Assembly: GCA_035221665.1 (NCBI GenBank)
Contig: CM069145.1
Location: forward strand, 20,398,001-20,462,000
Direction of reading: 5' to 3'
Length of the DNA stretch: 64,000 nucleotides
DNA from: Okamejei kenojei
Taxonomy: Eukaryota
Position 1 is the first letter of the stretch; each line of letters opens with the position of its first letter. The notes under the pieces were generated by a model, which was not told the DNA's origin, searched no databases, and saw only the letters and a list, made by a program, of their open reading frames with translations. Positions 48,641 through 62,950 of the stretch are shown in pieces. The position numbers were made by a program, and so were the translations under genes.

Positions 48641-49339
48641 TCCAATATTTTTGAACAACTGCCTACATTTTTTTATATCTACGTAAACATCTTAGATCTT
48701 AGTGCATGATAATGAGTCCATGACTGATTAGGGGACCCAGAGATTGAGAATGTTTGGGCACATCCTTGCATGGGACTGATTTGGAACATTCATTGAACAT
48801 TTCTGAAAGCAGGTGCTCTATATCAATGAAGAATTAAAGGTTTTCAAAAGTGGTACTGCCTGCAACCTGCTCCAGTCTACATCATGGCTTTGAGTTACAA
48901 TTACCCTGTGACTTGAATTCCCTGTCTCATTCCTAGCTGCACTTACTTCTCTCTCCTTTACCACTTGCATGATTTCTGTAAGACAGCCCATCTTCCACTG
49001 GGCACGATACACCCTTCTGAACTCTGTGTTGACTTCGGCAACTTCAAGAGTCGGCACTCCCAACCTCTTCTGATCTTACTCCGGAACAGGCTGAGACAAG
49101 TGTTCCATAGCACAATCTGGTTAATCGATTAAAGGAAGGACGTACGTGGGAAGAAAGTGGGATGAGGTCATGGAACTCTGGGAAATGGTGGCTTGATGTT
49201 CAGTGGAAGGCTCATAATCCAAGAGAAGGTAGCAGGAAATGTCAGACTGGAAGTCTTTGCAAGGTGGAAGTCAGTTCACTAAACAACAGCACCCTGCCCT
49301 CTTTAGCAATTCTAATGACAAAGCTAGCACACGGTCATG

Positions 49340-49895
49340 TGATAGGAGCGGAATTAGGCCATTCGGCCCATTAAGTCTACTCTGCCATCTATCTCTTCCT
49401 CCTAACCCCATTCTCCTGCCTTTTCCCCATAACCCCTGACACCCATACTAATCAAGAATCTTATCTATACTAATTCCACACATTCACCACTGACTAAATT
49501 AATTCCTTCTCATCTCGTTCCTAAAGGAACGTCCTATAATTCTGAGACTATGACCTCTAGCCTTAGACTCTCCCACTGGTGGAAACATCCTCTTCACGTC
49601 CACTCTATCCAAGTCTTTCACTATTTTGTACATTGCAATGAGGTCCCCCCTCATTCTTCTAAGCTCCGAGTACAGGCCCAGTGTCATCAAACATTCATCA
49701 CATGTTAACCCACTCATTCCTGGGATCTTTCTTGTTAACCTCCTCTGGACCCTCTCCAGAGCCAGCACATCCTTCCTCAGATATGGTGCCCAAAATTGCT
49801 CACAATACACCAAATGCAGCCTGACCAGCGCCTCGTAAAGCCTCAGCATTTCATCCCTGTATTCGTATTCTACCCCTCTTGAAATAAATGCTAGG
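49340..49895 (-). mobile_element. CR1 3' end
   Basis: LRLYEALVRLHLVYCEQFWAPYLRKDVLALERVQRR...GESKARGHSLRI. Confidence 0.9.
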
Positions 49896-52800
49896 ATATA
49901 AGAAATGCTAAATAAGACAAAAGAACAGGTTGTTACAAATTCAGAGCAAGTTGAAAAATTGAGCCTGTTTGTATCAGACTGAAGATCTAGAAGGGTAAGA
50001 GACTAGAGGGGAAACCAAAAGCAATGACAGCTTTAAAGAGGAAGGGTCCACAGTGCAAGTTTGTGCCACACACATGATGCTGCGTGTCTCTGAGACTGAA
50101 TTTCAGGAAGGGCGAGGTCTCGTGACGTTGTGTAGCTCAGACTTGACCTCAGTAAGGGCGAAGATCACATGTGCTGCTGTGTGACAGAGCCTGGGCCTCA
50201 GCATGTGGCTGGAGTAAGGGTCTGAGTGCTTTGAATGTCATAGTGATGCGTGCATTTGTTGCTGGAGCCAAATTATGAAAGGTGAAATTACAAATGGAAA
50301 CGACAAAGAGTAACTCGGAAGATGAGACAATTGACAAAGGAAGGGATAAATTACATTTGGTAGATTTTGGTATATGTAGAGGAGATTTACTGGGGTGTTG
50401 CCTATCATAGAGGACTTTGGTTATGGGGAGAGATTTCTTCAAACTTTCTTTGGAGTGGTGGAGACTGTCAGCAGAGTGCTGCAGCTGGTCGAGCCACTGC
50501 CTCACAGTCCCTAAGCCCTGGGTTCAATCCCAACCTCGGGTGCTGTCTGAAACTTTTATTTTTAAGTTTTAAGGAGAAATCATGAAATTCATTTGTGTCA
50601 GCTCCAAACTACACCAGCAAGCTTCCTCGTGACATTTAAGCGGTTGGTTTCCGCACACCTCTTTCATGCAATAGTTAGCAGACCACAAATGTCGAATAAA
50701 CCCATGCCGTCACTATTCTTGAACTCGAAGTCACCCTTATTTCAGAAACCTTGCCCTGTGATCTTTGCAGCGTCTCTGCTGAGAAACTCCAGATCTGTCG
50801 ATTTGCTCCCCGCTGAATCAGGGAAGTCAAGAAATACTAGATAAATGGAGAACCATCTCTTTGGTGAATGTGACTTTATGATGCTAGAGTGTAGGACTCC
50901 ACAAAGTGCAGGGCATTTACAGAGACTCTTGTGCTGTGACAGGCACTAATTTGGCAACACCCTTCTGAGTTTTTTATCAGATATCTTTCTCCAATTTTAC
51001 CATATTTCTGTCCAGATGAAAATCAAACTATCTTGACTTTTTGCTGGATTTTTTTTGTTCTGGCATTTTATCCGGGTGCTTGCTTTTGAGCGGAAATCTG
51101 CTGAAAGTGGCTGGCGTGACTGTGATCCTAGTTTGAGTCAGTCAGCCCATTTGAACCTTCTTTGGCAGCTCTACTATCAACTGCAGGAGGGATGCGCCTG
51201 AAACCTTTGATACCAATTAGCTTTAGCCTCCAGCATTACAAAGAACTGGTTCTTCTGTAGCGAACAATACCATCATTTAGACCAATGTGGTTAACAATCA
51301 GGCCAGAAACTAGTTCTTGGTATTGCACAAGTGTTGATGTTGTTTGGGTAAGCCAGTCGAAAGAAAACAAGCTACACATTAGTTTTTTTCCATTACAAAC
51401 ATCATAGCATTAACTACTGCCTTTAACTCTCTAAGAACTGTGATTAAAATTGGTTGGTGTTGCACAACACCATTTTCCTGTGTGTTGCACAGATTAATTT
51501 TTAAGCCATAAGGATAGACAACTCATTTTTAACCCATAAGATAGAGTAACCCAGGGGGACAGGCAGTATATCTGGACAGAAGGAATGGGTGATGTTTTGG
51601 GTCAAGACCCTGAGAAGAAGAGTCTCAGCCTTCTATCCAGAGATGCTGCCTGTCCCACTGAGTTACTCCAGCATTTTAAGTCTATCTTCGGTATAAACCA
51701 GCATCTGCAGTTCCTTCCTACTCATTTTTTAAGCCAGACTCTTCTTTGGCCTATGGTGATATTTTGCGATCCAAGTTTTCAATCGAACAAGCACATGATA
51801 GCTAATTTTGATGTGCGCAATGCAAACACCCCATTGCTAAATGCACTAGTTCATAAACACTCCAGACTTCTGTGAGAGTGCAAACAAATGGATTTTATCA
51901 GAAGCAATTATTTACTGATTGGAACAAAAGCCTGTGGGTTTTGGAGATCACTCAAGGACCAAAGTTGATACTGTAACCTCTGGTTAGGGACATGTTCAGT
52001 GGACACAAGCTTTAAAAAAACTAGTCGACAACTCAAGGATGTTTGTTTTCTGTATCGCCTTGTCACTGTGGTTATCTATTTGAAAAGCACTTTACAGATA
52101 TGATTTAATTTGTATATTCTTGGTCATATTACATTTATGTTAAACTATAACTAATTGACACCAAAAATAAATGAATAGAAACTAAATTAATAGTAATACA
52201 TAATCTATATAACCAAAGTAAAATAATGAAATTTAATTAATTTGAAGCCAATAAATCTAGATAATTTACTTGGATTCCACATTTTTATTACCTAATTTGT
52301 TTCTTATGTTGTTAATGTGCCTGTTATGTTGCCATGATTTGCCTTGTTGTTTTTATAACTTCAATTATAATGTGATTCTTGGATCACTCTAAAAATCATA
52401 TCATCCTTGATCTGTCACCATGTTTGGCAATAATCCCAGTGGCCACTGTGCCTTCTCTCAGCAATTCATTTGACACACAAATATAATGTATAATGCAATC
52501 TATTAAAAAGTAAGATAGCAGTTACATTAAAATATCATGTACATTGCAGAAACTTTCATATATGTTACTAAATTTTAAACATGATTTCTATTTCACGTAG
52601 GATCACGTGAAAAAGGATTGCATTTTTACTCAATCATATAATCTCTTTATTGTTTTTATTGATTTAATCTCCACTTCAAACCAAATGCATGATCCAAACT
52701 ACTTTTTCCTTAGAGACGGGAATGTCAGTTTCTTTAGAGAATGTATATTTTTTAAATGCGGAGATTAGTTTGATCAATCTAATTGAAAGGTAAATAAATT

Positions 52801-55800
52801 TAGATACTATGGAATGTTATTTGAACAATTAACTGGGCAATAACACAACATCAATCAAAATGATTAATTTCTCCATTAGCTATCAAAACGGCATTTGGCA
52901 CTATTATGTCACTCTTTCTAAGAAGGTTATAAGCTTCCACATAAAAGGGGAACATCATTCCTAACAAATTTAAAACCTCGCAGTCTAGTTCCAGATAATT
53001 TGCATTGCATACACACTATTCATTGTAAGTGGACACACTAAAGTTTTTTTATCTGAATTTTGAACAAGGGCTGAGGTCCAGGCTGTACAAATCTGGGAAT
53101 ATTGAACTTTTGCCCCCATCTCCCAAGAGAGGGTCTTCGACTTTTTAAAGTTTAAATTTTTTCGGAAAAGACTTGGCTCCAAGACTGCAGAGATCAATGC
53201 TGGAAAAAGTCCAAATTGAAACTATAAAGGTTGTTGTTCGGGTCTAAGACGTTAGACAAGTTTAGTAAATGTTAAAAAGAACACAAAATGTGATTGTGGA
53301 CTTATGCCAGAATTTCAACTTATCAAAAGGGAAGGAAAGTTATCAGATCTCTTGATGCACTCTAGAAATTATTTCCCAGCTGCCCAAAGTTCATGGGAAC
53401 TAGTTGCAACCTTCAAACACGCGTGACGTCTTGTGACCTGCCTTGTTGCACTATAAGAATTTGGGCCTCTGCAACCTCTATTCTGCCAGAGCTTGCCAGT
53501 GCGTCCCAGCTCTGAAAAACATCAATGAACTCAGGGATGCATTGGGGTAGTAAATGCCATGTTAATGTCAGACATCCAGTGAGTGAGAGTTGGCAAGTCT
53601 GTGTCCCTGGCCTCTGTATATCACCAAGGCAGGTGGGAAATTTATAATAAAAATCTGGAATTTGAAAAGCTAGGTCCAGTGATCAGGAACCTACTAGAAT
53701 GTCATTAAACCCATCCAGTTCAACGATGTATTTTAGGAAAGCAGATTTGCCATCATTATCTTGTGGGGCTCACATGTGACTTGAGGCCAACAGTAACTTA
53801 GTCGACTGTTCTGAAATGGGGCAGCAAACTGCTCAGCTGAACCAAAGTCCTCAGATTATCTATCTGACAGTACTTAAATAACAAGGGCTCCACCATTTCC
53901 CCCGAGACCATTATGGATGGGCAATAAATTGTCATCCTTCCAATGACACATAGGTTCCATGTGAAAATAAAGCTAACGTTGATGCTTGGATTTCAATTGT
54001 CACATTTTGCAAAGATCAAGCTCTATCCCTGTAAATCTGTTTGCTACAATTATTTACTAAGTCACTGGGGAAGATCTTCACTGTGGTTGCACTGCAGCTT
54101 AACTGAAACCACTACAATCAAATGCTATATATCTTTAATTTGAAGGGTATCTTTACAAATATCAAAAGTTTTATGATGGATTGAAATATTCTGGACAGAC
54201 ATTTCAATGTGATAGAATTTGCTTTGATGTTCACTATAAAGGAATGAAATATTGGGACGTTCAGCAATATTATGTTTTGCAGAAATATATACTTGTTTCT
54301 TTACCACTTTATGTCTGCCAATCATACCAGTCAATTAGCTCATACTTTGAGTGGATTATGTTCCCACAACTAATGTACTTTATTGACTCAATGTTTAGCT
54401 GCACCTAGGACGTGAGCCACACACTAAATGGGAGCTTTACATCAATATCGCTGGTGAAAGGTACTTGGAGAACCATTCGGGAAAAGATATGGCTCTCCTT
54501 ATCACAGAAAACAGAAATGGGCTGTATTGCTGTGTAATCAATTGTCTGCTGACCTTTCCTGCAGTTTTTACAATACCTAGCAGTTTGTTATGGTGACTGT
54601 GGAAAATAACGAACAAATTCAGAAAGGGGTCTGCTAAATTATTTTTTGGGGGGGTAACTCTGTAAATGGTACTTCTTTATACAGGTGACAATGCTTTTAT
54701 CAGAGGGCAGCAGTAGTACAGTATTCCATATGTGACTTAAATACAATTGTGCTGTATTTGAACAAGGTTTATGGTTAGGAATCTTGACAAAAAGGGATTT
54801 TTATGAGTCCTACTGAATTTAGTGTCAAGGACTAATTAGCATTTTGTTATTATTACTGGTGGCTGACTACATTGGTAGTGGTTTATTTTGGTCATGTGTG
54901 CGAAGGTATAGAGAAAACCGTTGTGTGCCTGATACCCAGTCAAATTATGTTATACATGAGTACAATGAAGCCATACACAAGTACAATGGTTAACACATAG
55001 TACAAACGACTAGACTGCAAAGTATAAAGTTAGAGCATTATACTGTTAGTTACAGAGAAAGTGCAGATGTAATTAGTCCTTGGTGATGTTGACTGTTTTC
55101 GTAAGGCAGCACAAGGGGAGGGGGAGAGGGGGGTGGGGGAGGCAGGTTTACGTGTTGGTCTAAATCTTCAACTTTTGGCAATTGCCTGCGGTCTTGTGGT
55201 AGAACTGTTGTCAAAATAAACTGAATTTAAAAATTCAGCCTGTCTTCTGAGGAAGTAAAGGTGCGAAACATTTGGAAATGAGAGGAACGGAGGATTGGGG
55301 AGGAGGTGGTTGGAGAGAGGGGGAGGTGACTGGCATTAATACCAGGCTGCAGCCAAGGGAAGGAAGGAGGGATAGGATTGGGAGGTGGGTCGAGTGAAGA
55401 CAAAGGGAGGATTAGAGACCAGAGCATAGGAGGAGTTTGGAAGGTCAGTGATGCGGTTAATGTAGGTCTAACACAAGACATAGGAGCAGAATTCGGCCAT
55501 TTGGCCCATCATGTCTGTTCTGACAGTGGGGAAGAAGCTGTTCGTGAGCCTGGTGTTAAGTGCTTTCAGGCTTCTGCCTGATGGGAGAGGGAGCATGCAC
55601 GTGGAATGACCTGCTCCCCGGGCACTGCAGTCAGGCATCCCGATGCTTGGGGAACTCAACTAGCGAGTGCTAGAACATGTAAAATCACATGGTGCACAAG
55701 CCTTTCACAAAATACCAACATTCCCAAAATGCTCCTGGCTCAGGAATATGTTTTAATATTTTATTAATGTTGCATATTTTAGCATCTTGCCCAACTTATT

Positions 55801-58099
55801 TTTGGGGCTATAAAATTCATCTCCAGCACTGCACGTCTCTTCTCTGAATATAACTCTGTAATAAGTTAAAGTAAATTGCACAATAGTCTTGCACAAAACT
55901 CATGACTTATGACAATTATTTTAAGTTGCCAGCAGCAAACATTAAAAACCTTCACCAATTGTGGTTACACAGTAAGTCAGGCAGCAGCTGTAAGGAGAGA
56001 AGCAGAAGTAACTTCTCATCTGGAATGATGAATAATTTTTGACCCCATCCATGGGCTGGCTCGCACCTGCTGCCCTGATTCATTGCCCCCAACACTTATA
56101 CCCGCTGCACATCTGCCAGATGTGGTGGGTTGGTCAATCAGACCTTTGCACCCAACAAGCATTTGTGATGGTGGGGATGGCCCCACAACAGCATTGTCGA
56201 AATCTTTTAATACGTTTTAAATGTCCCTTAGAAAGAGACATTTTAAAACCATTTCAAGTAGGCAGAGAACAGTACAGCAAGGGAACTGGCCTTCAACCCA
56301 CAATTTCCATGTCAAACATAGTGCCAGGTTAAACTAAGCTCCTCTGCCTGCATATGATCCATATCCTTCCATTCCCTGCATAATCCATGGGCCTATCCAA
56401 GAGCCTCCGAAATTATATTATTGTATCTACCTCCAGGGCTAATGGAGTTAAGTAAAATATGGATCAAACTATATAGGCATTAGAATACTAAAAGGGGTAT
56501 GTAAAGAAGGAAAATAATCAAAATACTTATCTTTGTCTGTACTCCATTGGAGGAAGCCAATATTGGTGGTCCAGCCCTCTCTAGTAAAGCTAAGTGCAGA
56601 GAACATCCTGACCTTTTCCCCAGCACTACTCCATCGCTGGGCTTAGCATTGAGAGCAGGTGTGGAAGGAACCAAGAGACGTACAAACATTCAACACTGAG
56701 TGCTTCTCAACTGTCCTCGTCTGACCACACTTACAATGAAGGCTAAGATGTACAACATTGTTCCGTGGGCATGATTAAGACCTGTAAATCTTCCAGTTAA
56801 GTGCTTTTAAGAATTTTCTTGTTTGTATTTCAGATTTTCACTACTACAGGAAATTTGCCTTTGTGTCACTAATATCAATGTGGGTTACTGTTGTGGGTAT
56901 AAGTAAAGCTACATTGCTGCAAGTACCTCCCCAACACCATTTGTCTGCCAACTTGTGGGCAGCAGCAGTGACAACAGTGACCCAGGCTGGTCTGGAGGTA
57001 TGGGGGAAGCTGGTCAAGCTATGGCTGTGTATAGATACCCACGTGTAGAACAGTGACCGCTACTGATCCCTCACTGAGAGATCTCTCATCTCGCTCATTT
57101 TAGCCCGAGAGCTATGCTGATTGTAGCTTTGAGTGCTTTCTAACCATTTGAATCTTATACCTATCGCACATTTTTTCTTTGATTTTATTGATATTGAAAC
57201 ACAAAGGGTTTAGCCACAAGGAATATTGCGCTGGTGAACGGAAGATCGCATCTTTGATTTCCAACACTTTTCATGTCAGTATCTCTCCATCAATTGCTTT
57301 CACTGGTGTAACATGCTTCTTTGTGTTCTTCTGTGCCTGATTCTTTTTCTGACATGGTGTCTTTGCATACATGAGTCATTTTGGACATGATCGCTGAGAT
57401 ATGAAATAATTCAGAACGTAGATAGTCGCCGTGTGCATACAGGATTGTGAAGAGTGTGTCTTTGTTCCTTAATCAGCTACGGTTTTAGATCTCACCCAGG
57501 TGATGCCTGTGGGTTCAACTCCAGATCTTTTCTGCATATGATGCAGTTGGGACTTAGTAAGTATTTGCATTTTGTATCCTGTGCCTGTCTATTTGCATAT
57601 TTCAACTTCGTTCTCTCCTATTGTGTCACACGTCGGCAGCGTGGGCAGACAGCCTGCTGTCAGCTTCGGTTTCTGCTGCTTTATACTCAGCAGCAGCGTG
57701 AAGTATTCAAGTAGCTCGGGTCTGAAGGAGCTGCGGCTCCTTGTTGTGTATCCCTATTAGTGAAGAACAACCTTCATCTTGTCTGTTACCACTGGCAATA
57801 ATCCAGATGCATTCAGAAACCTTCAGTGGAAAGGACATGAACACAGCGATTTTGGATTCCACTTGAAACTTTAGAAAGTCGGACTGTTCCACCACCTTTA
57901 GCAAGGTTGATTTTGCATGTAATTATAAATCCTGATTTTGCTGATGAGCCCTTTGAAGGAGCAGGATTAATGCAGGAATATTTAAAGTGCCTGGAGCCAG
58001 GATTTTGAAACTTAAATATAAGGGGCATAATAAAGCAGTTTCTAAAGTGGTACAACAATTATCTCTATGGTTGACATTAAGGAATCTATTGGGCAAAGT

Positions 58100-58770
58100 A
58101 GCAAATGGGAATTAAACTAGAGAATGTGAGATAAAGCATTCAGGAAAATACAGCAAGCAAGAGATGAGTGGAGAGGACAAATAAAAGGACCTTGGAGTTT
58201 ATGTCCGGAGATCTTTAAAGGTGGCAGGACTGGTCAATAAGATGGTTCAAAAGGCAAACATGATGCTTTCATTTAAGATGGGACATAGAACATTAAAACA
58301 GGGAGGATGTGCAACAATTGCAAACAACACCCATTGGACCACAGCTTGAGCAATACATGGTCTGAGCGCTCCTGGCAGAAAGATATCTTGGAATGGGAGA
58401 GGATGCAAAGGAGGTTTGTGAGAATATTACCTGGATTGCTGGTGTTGTTTTCTTTGCAGCAGGGGATGCTTAGGAGAGATTTGAAGGGCCTGGAGGACAG
58501 AAGGAGCCAAGTCAGCGACCATGAAATAATAGGTGGAAGGCAGATAAGAAAACAATCTTTCATGCAGAGGGCAGTATTGGTCTAAAGTTTTCTGCCCAGG
58601 AGGGTAAAAAGGCACGAACAATCATGGCACTAGGAGCCACGGAGGCCTGTTCTATAAACTCTGTACTGGCAGGTGGGATTAGGATGAGGGTTGCTCTTTT
58701 CTAATCTGCATAGCCACAGCTGCCTGAATAAATGGCCTCTTTCGGTATCATAGATTCTCTATGATTCAAG
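58100..58770 (+). mobile_element. Old CR1 3' region
   Basis: gggaccttggagtttatgtcc, KDILEWERMQRRFVRILPG and a decayed 3' tail. Confidence 0.7.
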
Positions 58771-59147
58771 TATCTGGCATCATAAATGTTGCTGAATGAG
58801 CCTTGAACCATCTCTTGAGACAATGTAATTCACTTCAGTGTCACTGCAGACCTTGCTCAAGATTAAGGCTTATGATACCATACATACATTTCACTAAAAT
58901 CCTCCCGATTCTGTCAACAACCATAAAGCATTTGCTGAGTATTGGCCTTGACACAAGGGCAGAATCTGCCTGGCCTACAGCTAGCTGTCTCTGAAGAATA
59001 TGAATCCTATATTTATGACAATAATGAGACAGCTCTGGTTTGGATTAAATGAAAATACAAAATGCTGGAAATACTTAACAGATTATGCTGCAGCAGAGAA
59101 GAGAGTGACCAAGTTAATGCAAAGACATACAAGTTTGTAGGTTAATT

Positions 59148-59642
59148 AAACATAGAAACATAGAAAATAGGTGTAGGAGGAGGCCATTCGGCCCTTCGAG
59201 CCAGCCATTCATTGTGATCATGGCTGATCGTCCCCAATCAATAACCCGTGCCTGCCTTCTCCCCATATCCCTTGATTCCACTAGCCCCTAGAGCTCTATC
59301 TAACTCTCGCTTAAATCCATCCAGTGACGTGGCCTCCACTGCCCTCTGTGGCAGGGAATTCCACAAATTCACAACTCTCTGGGTGAAAATTTTTTTTTGC
59401 ACCTCAGTCTGAAATGGCTTCCCCTTTATTCTAAGACTGTGGCCCCTGGTTCTGGACTTGCCCAACATTGGGAATATTTTTCCTGCATCCTCTGTCCTTC
59501 AGTCCTCCAGTACATCTGGGAGATTGTTTATTTCTTCCTTAGTGAAGACAGATCCGAAGTACCTGTTCAACTCTTCTGCCATTCCTTTGTTACCCGTAAT
59601 AATTTCACCCGTGTTTGCCTTCAAGGGACCCACATTTGACTT
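59148..59642 (-). mobile_element. CR1 with ~1.3-kb internal deletion, inserted in a V-SINE
   Basis: The 3' end with (catagaaa)n tail (59148-~59490) is joined directly to sequence matching 16260-16405 of the long copy. The SINE halves gtttgtaggttaatt | ggcttggtaaat...ctaaactaaac flank it (59124-59147, 59643-59782). Confidence 0.88.
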
Positions 59643-60327
59643 GGCTTGGTAAATATAAAAATTGTCCCTAGTGGGTGTAGGATAGTGTTAACATGCGGGG
59701 ATCGCTGGTTAGCATGGACCCAGTGGGCAGAAGGGCCTGTTTCCTCGCTGTATCTCTAAATTAAAACTAAACTAAACTAAACATTTCAGTTCAATAACTT
59801 TCCATTAGAACTAGAAAAAGTTAATGATGGAACAAAAATGTTTTGCTGCAGAGGAAATGGGGGATAAAACAAAGAGAAAGGTACAGTATGTAAAAGGATG
59901 CAATGCAGGAGAGATTAAACAACATAAGAAGTGATGGTACAATACAAAAGTGAATACTGAAATGGTACAGGATTGGGAGGCCAAATAATTAAGTAAACTG
60001 TGGCATTTAGTAGATAATGGTGGATAATGGTCACTGGCTTAATCTAAATCAAGCAGAATGTTTTAAGCGTTTAAAATTAAAACTGCCTGTACATATGTAG
60101 ACTGGGGAAGTACATTTGCTATGAAGCCTGTTGTTGCTTACATAGTGATCAGATGAAAATTGGGGCCAACGCATAGATGTTAAATATAAACAGACGTTCT
60201 TATCATTGGAACAGTGATTTACTAATGTGGTTTGCAACAATGGATCTCCAAATAATCTTGGCACTCGGCTGAGGGATATGAACAGAATTGTTTCAGTAAG
60301 GCTGAATTATGTGGATATAAATCTTAT

Positions 60328-60417
60328 TGAAGAAGGGTCTCGACCCAAAACGTCACCCATTCCTTTTCTCCAGAGACACTGCCTGTCCCGCTGAGTTACT
60401 CCAGCATTTTGTGTCTA
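60328..60417 (+). mobile_element. 90-bp Penelope-derived mini-element with 10-bp TSD
   Basis: TTATTGAAGA at 60324-60333 and 60418-60427. Confidence 0.9.
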
Positions 60418-62036
60418 TTATTGAAGACCAACTGGATCAACTATTATTGCCAGCATTCAAATTTACAAAAAGAAAATCCTTGTAGAGCATTTTATTGACG
60501 AGAGATCCTATAGAATGCAGAATTTTATTGTATTTTTTGTTTATTTTTCGTTGACAGGTAATAGAATTTCAAAAGTGCGATTAGTTCCATGTTAACCCAA
60601 CGTACTAAACAAGGTCTGATCCCTGTTCATCAATCAGATTCCCCGTCGCTCCGAACTTATTTGGTTCGCGTCCATAAGGATGAACTTGCTGGTGGAGGGC
60701 AACCTGGACCTAATCAACAAGATCAAAGGCCATAACAGGGTCACATGGGTGGCTCAGAACAAGCCCACCCACTAACTGCTGTGGAAATTTTGACAGATTG
60801 CTATGCCCACCCCCCGCTGATCAGCCATCTGTCAAATCTGTAAAGTTTCTGGGCTGCTTTCAAAAACTGTTAAATAATGAGCTAAATAATTTTAACTAGA
60901 AAATTATTAGCAAGATTAAGAATGCCAAAATAATCAAGGCAATACTACTAAGATAAAAAAATAATAGATAACATGCATTATAGTCTGTTTATGTTCCATA
61001 CAGTTGTAACATCTCCACGGCAATGAATGGGGTCTCAGATGAATCCTGGCACAGGATCCTAAAACTGATTCCCAGTCTAAGTGTTGGGGACTCGCATCAA
61101 GTTTGTGTTCTGCTTTCATGTGGAGACTGGTGTCAGAGCATAAGGCAGAATTCACCCAGCGGCAATCTGTCAGCAAGTTTGGGATTCCACACGTGGATGT
61201 AAGTAAGCATGAATCCCAAACTTGCTTACATTGAGGGGGATAAATAGCATGAAGCTGCTGACATTCGCCTGCAAGGTTCAGTTTGTTCATCATTTGTAGA
61301 AATAATTGAAACCTTCACTCTTGTTGTGCCAATGCCTGCTGAGAATGAGGTGGTAAAGGATAATGTTTAGGTTAAAGGTGATTAATTGCCAGGAATTTCT
61401 TATTATTCAAGGTATTTTACAAAGTGTTTAGCTGTATACTAAGAACAAAAATAATTTCCTGATCTTGACCTGGGAGTGGGGTTGGGGAACAACGAGACAC
61501 CATAGGTACTACAAACAACGCAGCAAGTGGATTCCTTTGTAAAAAATAAAGAGACATGTGAAGTTGAGGATGAGAAACCTGTCCTGAGATTCAAACTTCC
61601 AACACGCTGCATGCAGGAAAATTTGTAGCCTCCAGGTGCATTTTATGGCTGAGCTTGGTTTTATGATCAAAGATAATAGGATTTAAAACTTGTGACCATT
61701 GCCAAATTTTCCTGACTGGAACATCTCTAATCCAGATTCTGTCAAAGCTTCTGGTTGCCAGCAACATCTGCTCAAAGCAGTAAACAAGTTTTATTTTAAA
61801 ATGTTTCAAGTTTCCTGAGGGCCAATGTACGTCATAATTTCGAACAAGTAACTGAAGGAGAATGGCATTTGTCATAAACGTGGTGACCGTGGATATTGAG
61901 ATGCGACCAGTCCTGATGGTAGTAATAGGGTTTTTGTTGTGGGTTGATGCAAATAATCCAACAAGTTCTCTCGATGGTGCTTCCTTCCTGGCATGCACCA
62001 CCCCTTACCTGACATACACACCTCACTGAATATAGG

Positions 62037-62126
62037 ATAGACACAACAAGCTGGAGTAACTCAGCGGGACAGGCAGCATCTCTGGAGAGAAGAAATGGGT
62101 GACGTTTCGGGTCGAGACCCTTCTTC
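62037..62126 (-). mobile_element. 90-bp Penelope-derived mini-element with near-perfect 13-bp TSD
   Basis: CACTGAATATAGG at 62024-62036 and CACTGAATGTAGG at 62141-62153, with 14 nt of filler at 62127-62140. Confidence 0.85.
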
Positions 62127-62559
62127 CTACGAGTGAAGACCACTGAATGTAGGGTTTTGTGGGCAGGGAGCCCCTTCCTCAGCCTCATGGGTTTTTTTAG
62201 ACAGCTCTTAGTGTCACAACATTGAGTGGCAGCTGTGGAGTACATTCTGAAGGTCACTTTACCGCTTGTTTTAAGATAGGCCTCCCATAAATGAGTTTTG
62301 CTGCATTTTGTAATCTACCTGTGTCCTTTATCATTTGCAGAGTGACAATCATGTGAATTGTACAACTATGGGGGAAAAACTAAATCCATGCATAATGAAA
62401 ATTTTTTTAAAATGCATAGGCTGGAAATTGGAATAAAGGCAGAAAATGCTAGAAACATTCAGCTGGTCAGATAACATTTGTGGAAAGAGAAACAGTTAAG
62501 CTTTCAGAAATAAGGTCCTTCATTGGAACTGCTTAAAAATAGATTGTTTAAATCTGTGG

Positions 62560-62950
62560 GTTTACGTTCCTCACGCGTGCTCACATTAAACTCTGATAGT
62601 TTTTTGCACTTATCTATAACTAATCTATATCCTTTGACAGCCTTCTTCACTGTCTGCAACTCCACAAATGTTTGTGTTTCTTGCAAACTTTCTAACTAAT
62701 CCACCAATGTTTCAAGCAACACAAGTCCCAACACTGAAAACCTGCGGGACATCAGAGGTCACAGGTTGACAGCCAGAATAACCCCCTTCCACCGCTATCT
62801 TCTGTCTTCTATTATTGCATCTTAATCTTCTGAATCAGCCTATAATGAAGGCCCTTGTTAAATGCCTTGCAAAAATCCACGTAGACATCATCCACTGCTT
62901 TACCCACATCATTCATCTTGACCTCCTCCAAATAAAAACTCATAGGTTTA
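62560..62950 (-). mobile_element. Old CR1 RT fragment
   Basis: Inverse of VDDVYVDFCKAFNK and DVPQVFSVG remnants. Confidence 0.65.

Noticed and set aside
55113-55145. G-run tract with G-quadruplex potential (also ~11217-11240, ~44717-44750)
   Set aside because: Such tracts are common in vertebrate introns and repeat tails, and nothing here indicates function.
10247-62126. Recurring CTGAAGAAGGGTCTCGACCCGAAAC motif as a CRISPR repeat (palindromic, ends in GAAAC)
   Set aside because: The copies are dispersed on both strands kilobases apart, have TSDs and a constant tail, show no spacer array or cas genes, and link to Penelope GIY-YIG remnants.
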